Assembly: GCA_963812155.1 (NCBI GenBank)
Contig: CAWETW010000001.1
Coordinates: 768,001-832,000 of the forward strand
Source of the DNA: Vulcanimicrobiota bacterium
Lineage (GTDB): Bacteria; Vulcanimicrobiota; Vulcanimicrobiia; Vulcanimicrobiales; Vulcanimicrobiaceae
Reading direction: 5' to 3'
DNA: 64,000 nt
Part shown: positions 49,672 through 60,547 of the stretch, one piece after another
Layout of the letters: every line of letters starts with the position of its first letter
Numbering within the stretch: position 1 is the first letter of the stretch
Made by a program: the position numbers and the translations under genes
The notes under the pieces: model-generated
Told to the model about the DNA's origin: nothing
What the model saw: only the letters and a program-made list of their open reading frames with translations
The model's database searches: none

Positions 49672-51633
49672 ATGAGCAGCGATAGCACCGCCATCGAAGC
49701 GCTTTTCGACGAAACGCGCAGCTTCGCACCGTCTGCCGAATTCGCCCGGCAAGCCAACGCGCAACCGGAGATTTACGCCCGAGCGGAGCGCGACTACCTC
49801 GAGTACTGGGCTTCGTGGGCACGCAGGCTCGAATGGATGAAACCGTTTACCCGGACGTTGGAATGGAACGAGCCGTTCGCCCGCTGGTTCGGCGACGGCG
49901 AGCTCAACGTGTCCGTGAACTGTCTCGACCGCCACGTGCGCGCGGGCGACGGACAAAAGATCGCTTACTATTTCGAAGGCGAGCCTGGCGATCGCCGCAC
50001 GATCACCTATCGCGAACTGCTCGACGACGTCTGCCGCTTCGCCAACGGCTTGCGCGGGCTGGGCATTCGCAAGGGCGATCGCGTCGCCATCTACATGCCG
50101 ATGATTCCGGAGCTTCCCGTCGCCATGCTCGCGTGCGCGCGCATCGGCGCGGCGCATTCGGTGATCTTCGGCGGCTTCTCGCCTGAATCGATCGTCGATC
50201 GCGTCAACGACGCGCAATGCGTCGCGCTCATCACCTGCGACTGGGGCTGGCGGCGCGGCAACAAAATTCCACTCAAGCGCAACTGCGACGTCGCCATGGA
50301 ACAGACGCCTTCGATCCGCCACTGCATCGTCGCGAGCAGGATCGGCGACGATATCTTCATGCGCGAAGGACGGGATCGCTACTGGAGCGAGATCGTCGCC
50401 GGCCAACCGACAACGTGCGAACCGGAGGCGATGAACGCCGAAGACTTGCTCTTCCTCCTCTACACGAGCGGCACGACCGCCAAACCTAAGGGGATCAAAC
50501 ACACGACGGGCGGCTACCTCACGCACGTCATGGCGACGCACGACCTGGTCTTCGATTTGAAGCCGGAGAGCGACGTTTACTGGTGCACCGCCGACATCGG
50601 CTGGGTGACGGGCCACTCGTACATCGTCTACGGTCCGCTCGCGAACGCGGCGACCGGCGTGCTGTACGAGGGCACGCCCGATTACCCGGCACGGGATCGC
50701 TTTTGGGAAATCGTCGAGCGCTACGGCGTAACGATTCTCTATACCGCGCCGACGGCGATCAGAACGTTTATGAAGTGGGGAACCGAGCACCCCGCCGCGC
50801 ACGATCTCTCGTCGCTGCGTCTCATCGGAACCGTGGGCGAACCGATCAATCCCGAAGCGTGGATGTGGTATCGCGAGTGGATCGGCGGCAACCGCATACC
50901 GGTCGTCGACACGTGGTGGCAAACCGAAACCGGCGGCATCATGATTTCGCCGTTGCCCGGCGTGACGACGCTGCACCCGGGCAGCGCAACGCTTCCGCTC
51001 CCCGGCGTTGCGGCCGACATCGTCGACGAGCGCGGCGACACGGTGCCGCTCGGCGGCGGCGGGTACGTCGTGCTGACGCGTCCATGGCCGGGCATGCTGC
51101 GCGGCATTTGGGGAGACGACGAACGCTACCGGCAGACGTACTGGTCGAAGTTTCCGCACGCGTACCTCGCGGGCGACGGCTGCCGGCGCGACGGCGACGG
51201 CAACTATTGGTTTATGGGACGCATCGACGACGTCATGAACGTCAGCGGCCATCGCATTTCGACGACCGAAGTGGAAAGCGCGCTCGTGGATCATCCGAAG
51301 GTGGCCGAGTCGGCCGTCTGCGGAAAACTCGACGAAACGACCGGCCAGGCAATCTACGCGTTCGTGACGCTCAAGGGCGCTGAAAACGGCTCGCCGGAAC
51401 TCGCCGACGAGTTGCGCGACCACGTCGCCGAACGGCTCGGCAAGTTCACACGCCCGAAGTACGTCACGTTCACCCAAGAACTTCCGAAAACGCGCAGCGG
51501 AAAAATCATGCGGCGCCTATTGCGCGACATCGCCGAGGGACGAACGCTCGGCGATACTACGACGCTGGCCGACTCGTCGGTGGTGCACGAACTCGTCGAG
51601 CGTGCGAAAGTGGAATCGCTCTCCGGCGAGTAA
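49672..51633 (+). CDS. acs: Acetyl-CoA synthetase
   Basis: YTSGTT.KPKG, WWQTETG, LPKTRSGKIMRR. Confidence 0.97.
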   Translation: MSSDSTAIEALFDETRSFAPSAEFARQANAQPEIYARAERDYLEYWASWARRLEWMKPFTRTLEWNEPFARWFGDGELNVSVNCLDRHVRAGDGQKIAYYFEGEPGDRRTITYRELLDDVCRFANGLRGLGIRKGDRVAIYMPMIPELPVAMLACARIGAAHSVIFGGFSPESIVDRVNDAQCVALITCDWGWRRGNKIPLKRNCDVAMEQTPSIRHCIVASRIGDDIFMREGRDRYWSEIVAGQPTTCEPEAMNAEDLLFLLYTSGTTAKPKGIKHTTGGYLTHVMATHDLVFDLKPESDVYWCTADIGWVTGHSYIVYGPLANAATGVLYEGTPDYPARDRFWEIVERYGVTILYTAPTAIRTFMKWGTEHPAAHDLSSLRLIGTVGEPINPEAWMWYREWIGGNRIPVVDTWWQTETGGIMISPLPGVTTLHPGSATLPLPGVAADIVDERGDTVPLGGGGYVVLTRPWPGMLRGIWGDDERYRQTYWSKFPHAYLAGDGCRRDGDGNYWFMGRIDDVMNVSGHRISTTEVESALVDHPKVAESAVCGKLDETTGQAIYAFVTLKGAENGSPELADELRDHVAERLGKFTRPKYVTFTQELPKTRSGKIMRRLLRDIAEGRTLGDTTTLADSSVVHELVERAKVESLSGE

Positions 51634-51637
51634 CACC

Positions 51638-53550
51638 CTACGCTTCGCTGAAGAACTCTGCCAGTTCGTCGAGGTGGGTGATGCGGCGCGCCGGGGGCAG
51701 CGCGCGCAGGATCGTCGCGCCGTAACGCGTCGACGCCGCGCGTCCGTCGAGCAGTGCGACGACGCCGCGATCGTTGGTGCTGCGAATCAGCCGTCCGAAG
51801 CCCTGCTTCGAGCCGCACGGTCGCCGCCGGAATCATGTAGTGCTCGAATCCGTCGAGCCCTCGCGCTTCGAGCGCGCGCATCGCGCGCCACGACGAGCGG
51901 ATCGCTCGGCGACGGAAACGGAAGCCGGTCGATGATCACGCACGAGAGCGCGTCGCCGGCGACGTCGATGCCCTCCCAGAACGTGCCGGTCGCAAAAAGC
52001 ACGGCGTTCGGCGTCTCTGCGGAACCACTCCAGCAGTTGCGCGCGCGGCAACTCGCCCTGCAGATTTGACGGGATACGCGATCCGCTCGCGCACCAGCGC
52101 GTAGACTTCGCGCAGCCGCGCGTACGACGTGAAGAGCACGAAGGCGCGCCCGCGCGTGCGGTCGAGACACTCCTCGACCAGCGGCGCCGCGCGCGCGGCA
52201 AACTCCGGCGACTTCGGGTTGAGCGCCGGCGGCGCGACGAAGAAGCGCGCCTGCGTTCGCATAATCGAACGGCGACGGAGCGATCAACTCTTGCGCTTCG
52301 TCGATGCCGAGCGACCGCTTGAGAAACTCGAACGACGGTCGCGATCGTCGCGCTCGTCAGCACGACGCTCTGCGTACGCGCGAAGAGCGTCGCCCGCAGA
52401 AACTCGGCGACGTCGAACGGCGCGCAGCGCAGGCTGTAACGTCCATCCGAGTCGCCGCGCTCGACCCACGCGATCGCCTGCTCCGACGGCGCTTGCGCGC
52501 GATCGATCGGCGCCGATGCGCGACGACGACGCGCATCGCCAGATCGCGCCGCCGTTCGGCTTCGGCGTCGTTCTCCGGCACGTGTTTGAGCGCCGCGTGC
52601 CAGTTGGCGAAAAGCCAGTTCTCCAAGCTGGTACAGAGCGTCGCGCAACTCGCTCGAGCGCGGGCCACGCCGCATCGTTGGCCGCAAGCGGATAGCGTTC
52701 GCCGGGAACGCGCGCGAAGCGCCGACTCCAGCGCGCGCACGCCTTCGTCGAAGCGCAGATCGAACGCCGGCGGCAAGGTCGTAGGCGCGATGCAGCTTGC
52801 GCATCATCCGGCCGATCGTCGCGCGCGAGAGCGTCGCGGTCAGCGCGTCGGTCGCCCAGCGTTCGCACTGATGCGCCTCGTCGAGCACCGCGACGTCGTA
52901 CGGCGGCAGCAGTCCGCCGCCCATCGCCAAGATCGAGAAAGAACAGCGCGTGGTTGACGACGACGATATCGGCAGTACTTTGCTTCGTCGCGCTTCTTGA
53001 AGAGAAGCAGTCGCGAAAATGCGAACAGAACTCGCCGACGCAATCGTCGGCGTCGGCGTCGAGCTGTTCCCACTCGCCGGCATTCGGTACGAACGTCAGC
53101 TCCGCACGATCGCCGGTTTCTGTGGCGCCCGCCCACTCCCACAGGCGCTGCATCGAACGCGACGACGCAACGAGCCGGTCGGCGCGCATGCGCTCGAACT
53201 TCTGCTTGCACAGATAGTGGCCGCGCCCCTTGAGCAGCGTGACGCGTAATGGCACGCCGAGCGCGGCGGACACGAGCGGAATGTCTTTGCGCACGAGTTG
53301 TTCTTGCAGCGCGATCGTGCCGGTCGACAGCACGATCTTCTTTCCGCTGCGTACCGCGGGCACGAGATACGCGAGCGACTTTCCGACGCCCGTTCCGGCT
53401 TCGACGATCGTGTGAATCCCCTCGAGGATGCCGCGCTCGACGATTTGCGCCATCTGCACTTGTCCCGGACGCGCTTCGAAGCCCGGCAGCGCGTCGCGCA
53501 ATCGGGCCGCCCGGCGCGAACGTCTCCTCGATCGTTTGGGGAAGCGTCAC
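51638..53550 (-). CDS. dinG: DinG/YoaA family helicase, multiple frameshifts
   Basis: EAGTGVGKSLAYL, LKGR.HY.C, DEAH, LTSAT, LFTSY, FWEGID. Confidence 0.88.
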
Positions 53551-54206
53551 CGCGGTTGCGGAGGCGATTCGTATTCGCTCTCGAGCGCCGCACCGGTGCG
53601 CGCATCGACGACGACCGGACGCACGCGCCGCGGCGGCGCGAACACGAGCAGCGTCAGGAAAAAGCCGGCCAGAAGCCCGGAGACGTGCGCCTGCCACGAA
53701 ATCGACGGCACCGTGAACGTGATGATGAGGTTGAGGACGAGGATGCCGAGATTAGCCTTGACCAGATCCATGCCGGGCCGGCCGAGCTTGAAACCGATGG
53801 CGAATAGCGCGCCGAAGAGGCCGAAGATCGCACCACTTGCACCGACGGTCGCAGCCGCCGGCGGGCTGAAGTACACGACGCCGAGCCCGGCAGCGACCAG
53901 CGATACGACGTAGATCGACGAGCATGCGCCAGGGTCCCGATCGACGTACTCGATAAAGCGCCCGAGAGACCACAGCGACATCATGTTGACGCCGATGTGC
54001 AGCAAGCCGCCGTGCAAGAAATGCGCCGGTGAAAATGCGCCACCACTCCCCGTTCTGCAGCACGGCGGCCGGATAGAGCGAGCCTTCGTCGAGCACGCGC
54101 TCGATGATTGCCGCCGACCACCCAGCGACAGCATTCCGGATCCCGGCGACTTGATTTCCCAGAGGTAGCCGATCACGTTGAGCGCGATCAGGAAACGCGT
54201 CATCAT
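53547..54206 (-). CDS. Rhomboid intramembrane serine protease (local frameshifts)
   Basis: FLH.GLLH..VNM, GASGA, H..G. Confidence 0.88.
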   Translation of the reverse strand: MMTRFLIALNVIGYLWEIKSPGSGMLSLGGRRQSSSACSTKARSIRPPCCRTGSGGAFSPAHFLHGGLLHIGVNMMSLWSLGRFIEYVDRDPGACSSIYVVSLVAAGLGVVYFSPPAAATVGASGAIFGLFGALFAIGFKLGRPGMDLVKANLGILVLNLIITFTVPSISWQAHVSGLLAGFFLTLLVFAPPRRVRPVVVDARTGAALESEYESPPQPR

Positions 54207-54221
54207 GGTGCTGAACGCAGC

Positions 54222-54899
54222 TTAGGCCGCGTCGTCCGCGACGATCACCATGCGCGCGAGTTCCAGGGAAATCGCGTGCTGCGCGCCGTCCGACTTCGAC
54301 CGTCACCGGACCGCCGAGCGGCGCCTTCTCGACGATGCAAACGCTCGCGCCGGGGCGCAATCCAATCTCTCCCGAGATAGCGCAGAATCTCCGGAACTCT
54401 GTCGGTCACGCCGCTCACGACCGCGCGCACGGCCGCCTTCGATCTGCGCGAGCGGCATCGCCCGATGCGCCGGATCGCTCAGATCACGCGGCGGAATCGG
54501 ATGACCGTGCGGACAGGTCTGCGGATTTCCCAGCAGGTCGATGAGCGCGTTCTCGACGCGTTCGGAGATGGCGTGTTCGAGCATGCACGCTTCGGCGTGC
54601 ACTTCGTCCCACGGCATGCCGAGCACGTCGGTGAGCAGGCGTTCCGCCAGGCGGTGACGCCGCAACACGCGGACCGCGACCTCGAGACCCTTGCGCGTCA
54701 GCTTTACCTCTCCGCGCGCGACGTATTCGACGTAGCCGTCTTTGTCGAGTTTCTTGAGCATGCCCGAAACCGACGCCGGCGCAACGCCCAGCATCGAGGC
54801 GAGACCCGACGTGGTTACGCCCGGACCCTCACGCTCGAGGCGGTAGACGGCTTCGAGATACTCCTCGATCGATTCGGCGAAATGGCTATGGCCCGACAT
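54222..54899 (-). CDS. DtxR/MntR metal-dependent regulator with FeoA domain (C-terminal frameshifts)
   Basis: EEYL..Y.L, RRHRL.E, VHAEAC.LEH, CPHGHPIP. Confidence 0.9.
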
Positions 54900-55952
54900 C
54901 TGCTCGTTGTTCCGGTTTCTTCGTACTTCGGCGCACTCCCCGAAGTTCCGCGGCCAAACGCGCGTGCAGTTCCCGCTTGTGCGACGGGCGAGCGAAGCTC
55001 GCATCGATCGCATTGCGCGACGTAGCGCGCGAGCGCGTCGCTCGCCGGCGATCCGCTCGACCCGCGCGTATTCGGCCTCGATCGACGTGCCGAACAGCGC
55101 CGGATCGTCGGCATCGATCGTGACGATGCACCCGGCCCGCTCGAACTCGACGAGCGCATGCAGCCCGTCGAGCGCGACGCCTGTGCGTTCGTTCGACGTC
55201 GGACAGATTTCGAGCGGTATGCGACGATCGGCAAGCATCGCACGACCTCCGGATCGCGCAGCGCACTGATTCCGTGACCGATCCGTTCGGCGCCTAGCGT
55301 CTCGACCGCGGCCGCGACGCTCTGCGGCCCGGCGGCTTCGCCCGCGTGCGCGACGCAGCGCAGTCCGGACGCGCGGGCGAGCGCGAATGCCTCGGCATAG
55401 GCCTCGGGCGGGAAACGCGCTTCATCACCGCCCAGCCCCACGCCGACGATTCCACAATCGTCAAGCCTCGTCGCGAGCCGAGCAACTTCCGTTGCCCGGT
55501 CGGATCCGAAGTTTCGCGTCAGGTCGACGATCAGCCGAAACTCCGCCTTGGATGCGGCCGAGCGCAGTTCGCCGGCAATCGTTCGCGAAAGCGGCACGCA
55601 CGTCGAGTTCGGGATTGAAGAACGTCCACACCGACGGCGACACGAACAGCTCGCCGTATATGACGTTCTGCGCGAGCGCATCCTCGACGAACTCGCGGGC
55701 GAGCCGCGCATAGTCGTCCGGATCGGCCAAGGCGCGGCTGACGGCGGCAAACGTCCATAGGAATTCACGAAAGTCCGCAAATCGGTAAGGGTCCGCCGGA
55801 TCGGGCTCACCCCCGCGCAGCGCCGGACCCGCCGGATCGTAACGCAACGGCACGCCGTGACGGCCCGCCAACTCGACGAACGTCGCGGCCCGCAGACTGC
55901 CCTCGAGGTGGCAATGCAGGTGGACCTTCGGAATGACCGACGCAAGCGTCAT
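54886..55952 (-). CDS. add: Adenosine deaminase, several frameshifts
   Basis: PK..LHCHLEG, AHAGE, RIGHG, LEICPTSN, DADDP. Confidence 0.9.
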
Positions 55953-56019
55953 GGTAAGAATGTATGCCGGACCCTAGGCAGGGGCGCAACCCCGGCTGTC
56001 GTAGAGCGGTTAACTTTGC

Positions 56020-56096
<77 letters not shown>

Positions 56097-56101
56097 AATC
56101 C

Positions 56102-56141
56102 ACAGGTCCAGAAACGGCGAAGTTTCTGGACCTGTTGCTTT
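56102..56141 (+). terminator. tRNA terminator hairpin
   Basis: ACAGGTCCAGAAAC/GTTTCTGGACCTGT then T-rich. Confidence 0.8.
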
Positions 56142-56153
56142 ACGTTTTTGAAC

Positions 56154-57140
56154 CTACGAATTCGCTAGGCTAACAACGACGCTCAAGGGATAGCTGACTC
56201 CACGAATCACGCCGGTCTTCTTGCCTCCCGCCGGATAGTCGTACAAGTTGACTATTCCTGGGACATCTTGCGAGGGTTGATGCGGCTTGCTGGCAGCGGG
56301 AACGATCAGCGTCCTTCCTTCGATAAAAAAACCACCTATATTATAGGATCGTTGTAGATCAATCGTTGCGCTGGTCGTCCCCTTCTGACCGGCGATCGCA
56401 AACTGGTAGATTACGTTTTTCTGGTAATCCGCCATATCCAGGTATTTTCCGTCCCATACCATTCCGCCGCTTACGCCGTCGGTGAACGTTTCGTCCAGCG
56501 AAATCTCGACGAAGGTTTTACTGTTTTTAGGAAGTTCCAGCAAAGCAAAATGCGGATAAGACGCGTCGACCGAGGTTATGAAAAGGTTTCCGTTGTTGTC
56601 GTAGGCACAGTAATCGCGGACTAAATACGGTTTCGGAAGCGGTACGTTCGTGTGCCTTCCTCGATTCTTTTTGAACAAAGAAACAACCTCTGCGGTAGGG
56701 GTGGCATTGGGAACTGCGAGCGTGCCTGTGGCTGGGTCTACTGCGCAGCCAAGTGGGCCTCCGAGGTTGCCCAAAATGCGCAGTGGCGAGGTCACGCCAT
56801 GTTTATATTCTATGACGGCATGCGGCTCGGTGACAAAAATATCTTGCGCCTTGTTAACGCATAAAAAACTGTAGCCGTTCGGATTCGCAAGCAATCCTAT
56901 AAGTTTATACTTCGGAGGCGTGTACGAATATACTTCGATACTTCCTAGCTCGGCATCTTCGATATACAATAAATCTTCGCCCGACGCCTCACCCAACATC
57001 CACGACTGCCGATGCTGTTTTTGCTGGACCGAGGCCGACGAGGGCGTGAAGATGGTGGCGCTTGAGTCCGAAGAATTACATCCGGTCGCTGCGACCGTCA
57101 GGATGCCGATGACTATAACGGACTTTGGAAGGCTGTACAT
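56154..57140 (-). CDS. Lower-GC secreted lipoprotein, beta-propeller-like
   Basis: ATGC lipobox, SWML.EA...DLLY, CAVDP.TG.LAV, CAYD..GNLF, WDGKY, YDYPAGG. Confidence 0.75.
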   Translation of the reverse strand: MYSLPKSVIVIGILTVAATGCNSSDSSATIFTPSSASVQQKQHRQSWMLGEASGEDLLYIEDAELGSIEVYSYTPPKYKLIGLLANPNGYSFLCVNKAQDIFVTEPHAVIEYKHGVTSPLRILGNLGGPLGCAVDPATGTLAVPNATPTAEVVSLFKKNRGRHTNVPLPKPYLVRDYCAYDNNGNLFITSVDASYPHFALLELPKNSKTFVEISLDETFTDGVSGGMVWDGKYLDMADYQKNVIYQFAIAGQKGTTSATIDLQRSYNIGGFFIEGRTLIVPAASKPHQPSQDVPGIVNLYDYPAGGKKTGVIRGVSYPLSVVVSLANS

Positions 57141-57207
57141 GGCGTGGAGCCGTTAGGCGCTCTTCCCGCGACGGCCTTCGAGAGCAGGCACGGACATGAT
57201 ACCTAAG

Positions 57208-57231
57208 CCCACGCAACCAATCAACAGGTCC
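57208..57231 (+). repeat. Degenerate copy of tRNA-fMet 3' end plus terminator arm (att-like)
   Basis: CCCACGCAACCAATCAACAGGTCC vs 56085-56109, 22/25 identical. Confidence 0.75.
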
Positions 57232-57357
57232 GTCGGCGCCGTCGCTTCCGGACGTGTTTTTTTTCAAAGTCATTTTGAGCAGAAAAAAGAACTGACAAGC
57301 TCCGAGGTGGACGGCGAAAGACGGGCCTTTCCTTTTGCGAGGTGAACTGGACGAATC

Positions 57358-57624
57358 ATGAAGTACGTGCTTTCCTACGAGCCGTCGGCGGAAGGCCTTG
57401 CAAAGGCGCCGGCGCATTTCGTCGCGCATCGCGCGCGCTGGCAAATCTTCGTCGATCGCGGAGAGTTGTTGATGATTGGACCGTTCGCCGATCCGCGCGA
57501 GGGCGCGATGGCAGTCTTTACCACGCGCGAAGCCGCCGAGCAGTTTGCCGCCGGCGATCCGTTCGTCGTCAACGGCGTCGTCGCCGGCTGGCACGTCCGC
57601 GAGTGGAACGAAGCATTGACGTAG
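57358..57624 (+). CDS. YciI family protein
   Basis: H..R, G.L..IGPF.D, DPFV..G. Confidence 0.85.
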   Translation: MKYVLSYEPSAEGLAKAPAHFVAHRARWQIFVDRGELLMIGPFADPREGAMAVFTTREAAEQFAAGDPFVVNGVVAGWHVREWNEALT

Positions 57625-57627
57625 CGT

Positions 57628-57736
57628 CCTTCGACTGCGCATCGCTACGCGATGCTCCGCTCAGGATGACACCATTCTAAGGGGCGCTCCGCTCAGGGTG
57701 ACACCATTCTAAGGGGCGCTCCGCTCAGGATGACAC
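57628..57736 (+). repeat. REP-like element copy 3 plus 2.6 tandem copies of a 32-bp unit
   Basis: Unit GCTCCGCTCAGGRTGACACCATTCTAAGGGGC at 57654, 57686, 57718 (partial). Confidence 0.9.
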
Positions 57737-57739
57737 GCC

Positions 57740-57810
57740 TTAGATCGGTTTGAAATAGACGCGCTGATTCGTGTAGTCGAAGTGCACGCGCCGAGCGTGC
57801 AAAATCCACT
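57740..57810 (-). pseudogene. Possible 3' remnant of a retropepsin-like aspartic protease
   Basis: VHFDYTNQRVYFKPI* with no credible start. Confidence 0.3.
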
Positions 57811-57879
57811 TCCATTGCGCAGCGGGAGAGTTGCACGCTCGTCCTTCGCCTTCGCACCGAACCGCGTTCGATGCTGCGA

Positions 57880-60408
57880 TCAGGGTGACGTCGGAGTAGC
57901 GGGGGCGGCAATCGTCGCGCGGGCCTCCAGAGCCTGCTGCGCCAACGCCCGCAGCGCTTCCAGATGCGCTTGCGTCAACTCGTTGAGATTCGAACGGTGC
58001 AGCGCAGTCGACGAGGCGTTCACCAGATGCTCGAGCTGCAACCGCGCCAGCGCCTGAGCGTCGGGCGGCGTACCGGGGGCCGGAGAGGTCCACAGCTTTG
58101 CCAACCGTTTGGCAAAGCTCACTTGCGCGTTGCGCAGTACGACGCCGGCTTGCACCGCCTTGCCGTTTTCGATGTCGCCGAAAATGCCGTCGCGCGTCCA
58201 GTCGAAGAGATCCGTGAGCGTCATCGTCGCGCCGGGATCGTACTTGGTAGAGAGGTCGTCGATACGAGAAAGCGTCAACGGCGCGAAGAGTTCGCCGAGC
58301 ACGCTTTCCTGCGTCGCGCCGGCGATGCCGACGACGTCGACGTCGTGCCGCGGCGTCGGATTGTACACCCACGTTCCGCCCGGTCCCAGCGAACTCACTT
58401 CGCGATAGGTCAGCAGCCGAAGGACGCGCGGATTGAAGCGCCATGCGGCATCCGAGAACAGCGCATTTTGCAGCACTCGCCACGCCTGGTATTCGTCGCG
58501 GCGCGAAACCGGCGTAAGCGGCGTCGAGGCGTGCGGATCGCCCGCATTCGCTCGCGACACGTACTCTCCACCGATGATATGCGCCGGCATCGCGGCGAAG
58601 CGCGTGTAGTAACGCAGCGGCGTCAAAAAGGCACGGCGCGCTTCCTCGTAGGCCTGCCCTTGCCTGGGAAAACGCCGGTTCACCGCATTCATGATGCCGT
58701 GGAGCATCGTCAGTTGCATCTGCTCCCACGCGAGCGGATGGTTCGTTAGATCGTCCTGCTGCACGCGCGGATCGATCGCATGCCCGTTATTGAAGAACGC
58801 ATCCTCGTCGGAGGCAAAGCGGTACATCGGGTCGGCCCAGCGCGAGGCCCAGCCGTTGAGCGTACGCACCTCCGCTTCGGGTTTGCTCGCGTTCGGAACG
58901 TATGCGTAGCCGAAGTGCACCGCGTAGTAGTCGTACGGCCCGAGCACGAGCTGCTCGTAGTTGCCCTGGGGCGTGCCTTTGGGCCAGAGGTTGATCGGCG
59001 CGTACTCCATCACCGAGGTCGCGACGCCGTGCGTGCTCGTAAACGAGGTGTCTTGCAGTTCGTGAGCCGTGTAGGCCATCGAACCGATGAAGTTGTGCTG
59101 CAGGCCGAGATCGTGCCCCGATTCGTGCAACACGACCGCGCGAATCTCCCGAAGCGTGAACGCTTGCTCGAGCGACGTGCTGTCGGACAACCCGCGCGCC
59201 GGCGCGACGACGTAACGATACGCCCGGAGGCCCAGCCCCTCGACCGCATCGATGTTGATGCCGGCGTTGATCTCCTCGCCCGTGCGCGGATCGGTGATGA
59301 CCAGCGCCTCCGCGCCGTACTGCGGAATCGGCGCGTCGAACCAGCTCACCATGTTGTGCCGGATGTCGTCGACGTCGAAACTCGGATCGTCGGGTTGCTG
59401 CACGACTTGCACGGCGTTGAGAATCCCGATCCGCGCGAACGCCGCGTTCCACGTCAGCAGCGCGTTGCGAACGGTGTCGCGGTACGCGACCGGAACGTCG
59501 TTGCTGAGGGTGAAGACGAGCGGATTCTTGGCCTGCGACGTCGTGCCGGGATGCTCGGGCATGAAATTCCAGCGGCTGAGATAGTACACGTTGCGCGTCG
59601 GACTGGTATCGTTTTGGAAGTCGATGAGCGGCTGTTCGAAGTACCCGACGCGCGGATCCGCGATCCGCGGCATGTAACCGTTGCTCGGCGCAGCGATGAT
59701 ATTGTAGGTCATCTTGACTTCGATGCTGCGCGCGTCGGGCGCGTTGTCGATCGTATCCGGAGACCCGCTGGCCCACGTCTGACTCACCCGCAGAATCGTA
59801 TTTTGCGGGAAGGCTTTCGCGTCGAGGAAGAACGATCGCGACGTATCCAGCCGATAGGCATGCGCCGGATTGGGAGCGATCGAATCGAATTGCGCTGCGA
59901 AATTTGCGACGTCGCCTAAGAAGGGCGCCGCCGGAATGACCACGAGCGACGGCGATTCGGCAACGATGGGAACGACCGCGATGACCGAGCTCGGCAGCGA
60001 TGCGGCTTCGCTGATCTCCGCCGGGTTACCGCGATCGGCGCGCGCAAACGTATTCGGCCAACGCATGACGACCGTGTCCTCGACGCGCTCGAAACGCATG
60101 ATGCGCGCGGGTGCGACGTACGGCTCGCCGGGCGCCGGCCCGAATCCGCCGAGTCCGGTCGCGGGAACGGAGGTCTCAACGAAATCCTGTCCCAGCTGGC
60201 TTTTCTGCAGCACGAGATAGACTTTACCGCCCTTGCGAAGGATCGAGACGAGACCCGGGATGACCTTGGCGTCGCGAACGAAGGCGTCGTAGTTGGCCGG
60301 CGCCCCGGCGGGCGTGGCCGGTGGCGGCGTCGGCGTTGCAGCCTGCGACGCGCCGGAAAACGCAAAAGCGAACGCAAGACAAAGAAAAAGACGGTAGACC
60401 CGTTTCAT
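57880..60408 (-). CDS. Secreted zinc metalloprotease (DUF5117/DUF4953, EcxA-like)
   Basis: PR.ADPRVGYF, HESGHDLGLQHNF, SVMEY, GPYD. Confidence 0.9.
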   Translation of the reverse strand: MKRVYRLFLCLAFAFAFSGASQAATPTPPPATPAGAPANYDAFVRDAKVIPGLVSILRKGGKVYLVLQKSQLGQDFVETSVPATGLGGFGPAPGEPYVAPARIMRFERVEDTVVMRWPNTFARADRGNPAEISEAASLPSSVIAVVPIVAESPSLVVIPAAPFLGDVANFAAQFDSIAPNPAHAYRLDTSRSFFLDAKAFPQNTILRVSQTWASGSPDTIDNAPDARSIEVKMTYNIIAAPSNGYMPRIADPRVGYFEQPLIDFQNDTSPTRNVYYLSRWNFMPEHPGTTSQAKNPLVFTLSNDVPVAYRDTVRNALLTWNAAFARIGILNAVQVVQQPDDPSFDVDDIRHNMVSWFDAPIPQYGAEALVITDPRTGEEINAGINIDAVEGLGLRAYRYVVAPARGLSDSTSLEQAFTLREIRAVVLHESGHDLGLQHNFIGSMAYTAHELQDTSFTSTHGVATSVMEYAPINLWPKGTPQGNYEQLVLGPYDYYAVHFGYAYVPNASKPEAEVRTLNGWASRWADPMYRFASDEDAFFNNGHAIDPRVQQDDLTNHPLAWEQMQLTMLHGIMNAVNRRFPRQGQAYEEARRAFLTPLRYYTRFAAMPAHIIGGEYVSRANAGDPHASTPLTPVSRRDEYQAWRVLQNALFSDAAWRFNPRVLRLLTYREVSSLGPGGTWVYNPTPRHDVDVVGIAGATQESVLGELFAPLTLSRIDDLSTKYDPGATMTLTDLFDWTRDGIFGDIENGKAVQAGVVLRNAQVSFAKRLAKLWTSPAPGTPPDAQALARLQLEHLVNASSTALHRSNLNELTQAHLEALRALAQQALEARATIAAPATPTSP

Positions 60409-60547
60409 TCGAAAACCTCCGCAAATCCGGGCCTTCGGCGCTTCCGCGAAGCGTTCATTCCAAGGAGCGGCTGGGCGGCCGTGACGTATGCGCCAAAGCG
60501 ACCAGCGAGCCGCAACGAGATCGTTGGAATACGCCGCAAGCGGGCGC

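Noticed and set aside
49465..51477. Long antisense ORFs (670 aa opposite acs; also opposite metK, ahcY, dnaJ, TBDR)
   Set aside because: Shadow frames expected from high-GC codon bias; no motifs.
51638..55952. Dense frameshifts in dinG, rhomboid, DtxR and add (also ahcY, kbl, TBDR, M61, TPR, deacetylase) as pseudogenes or programmed frameshifting
   Set aside because: Catalytic motifs are intact, indels cluster regionally in housekeeping genes and no slippery-site pattern is evident; long-read error is more likely.
57654..57736. CRISPR array
   Set aside because: Inter-repeat segments are identical, fewer than three full units, no cas genes.
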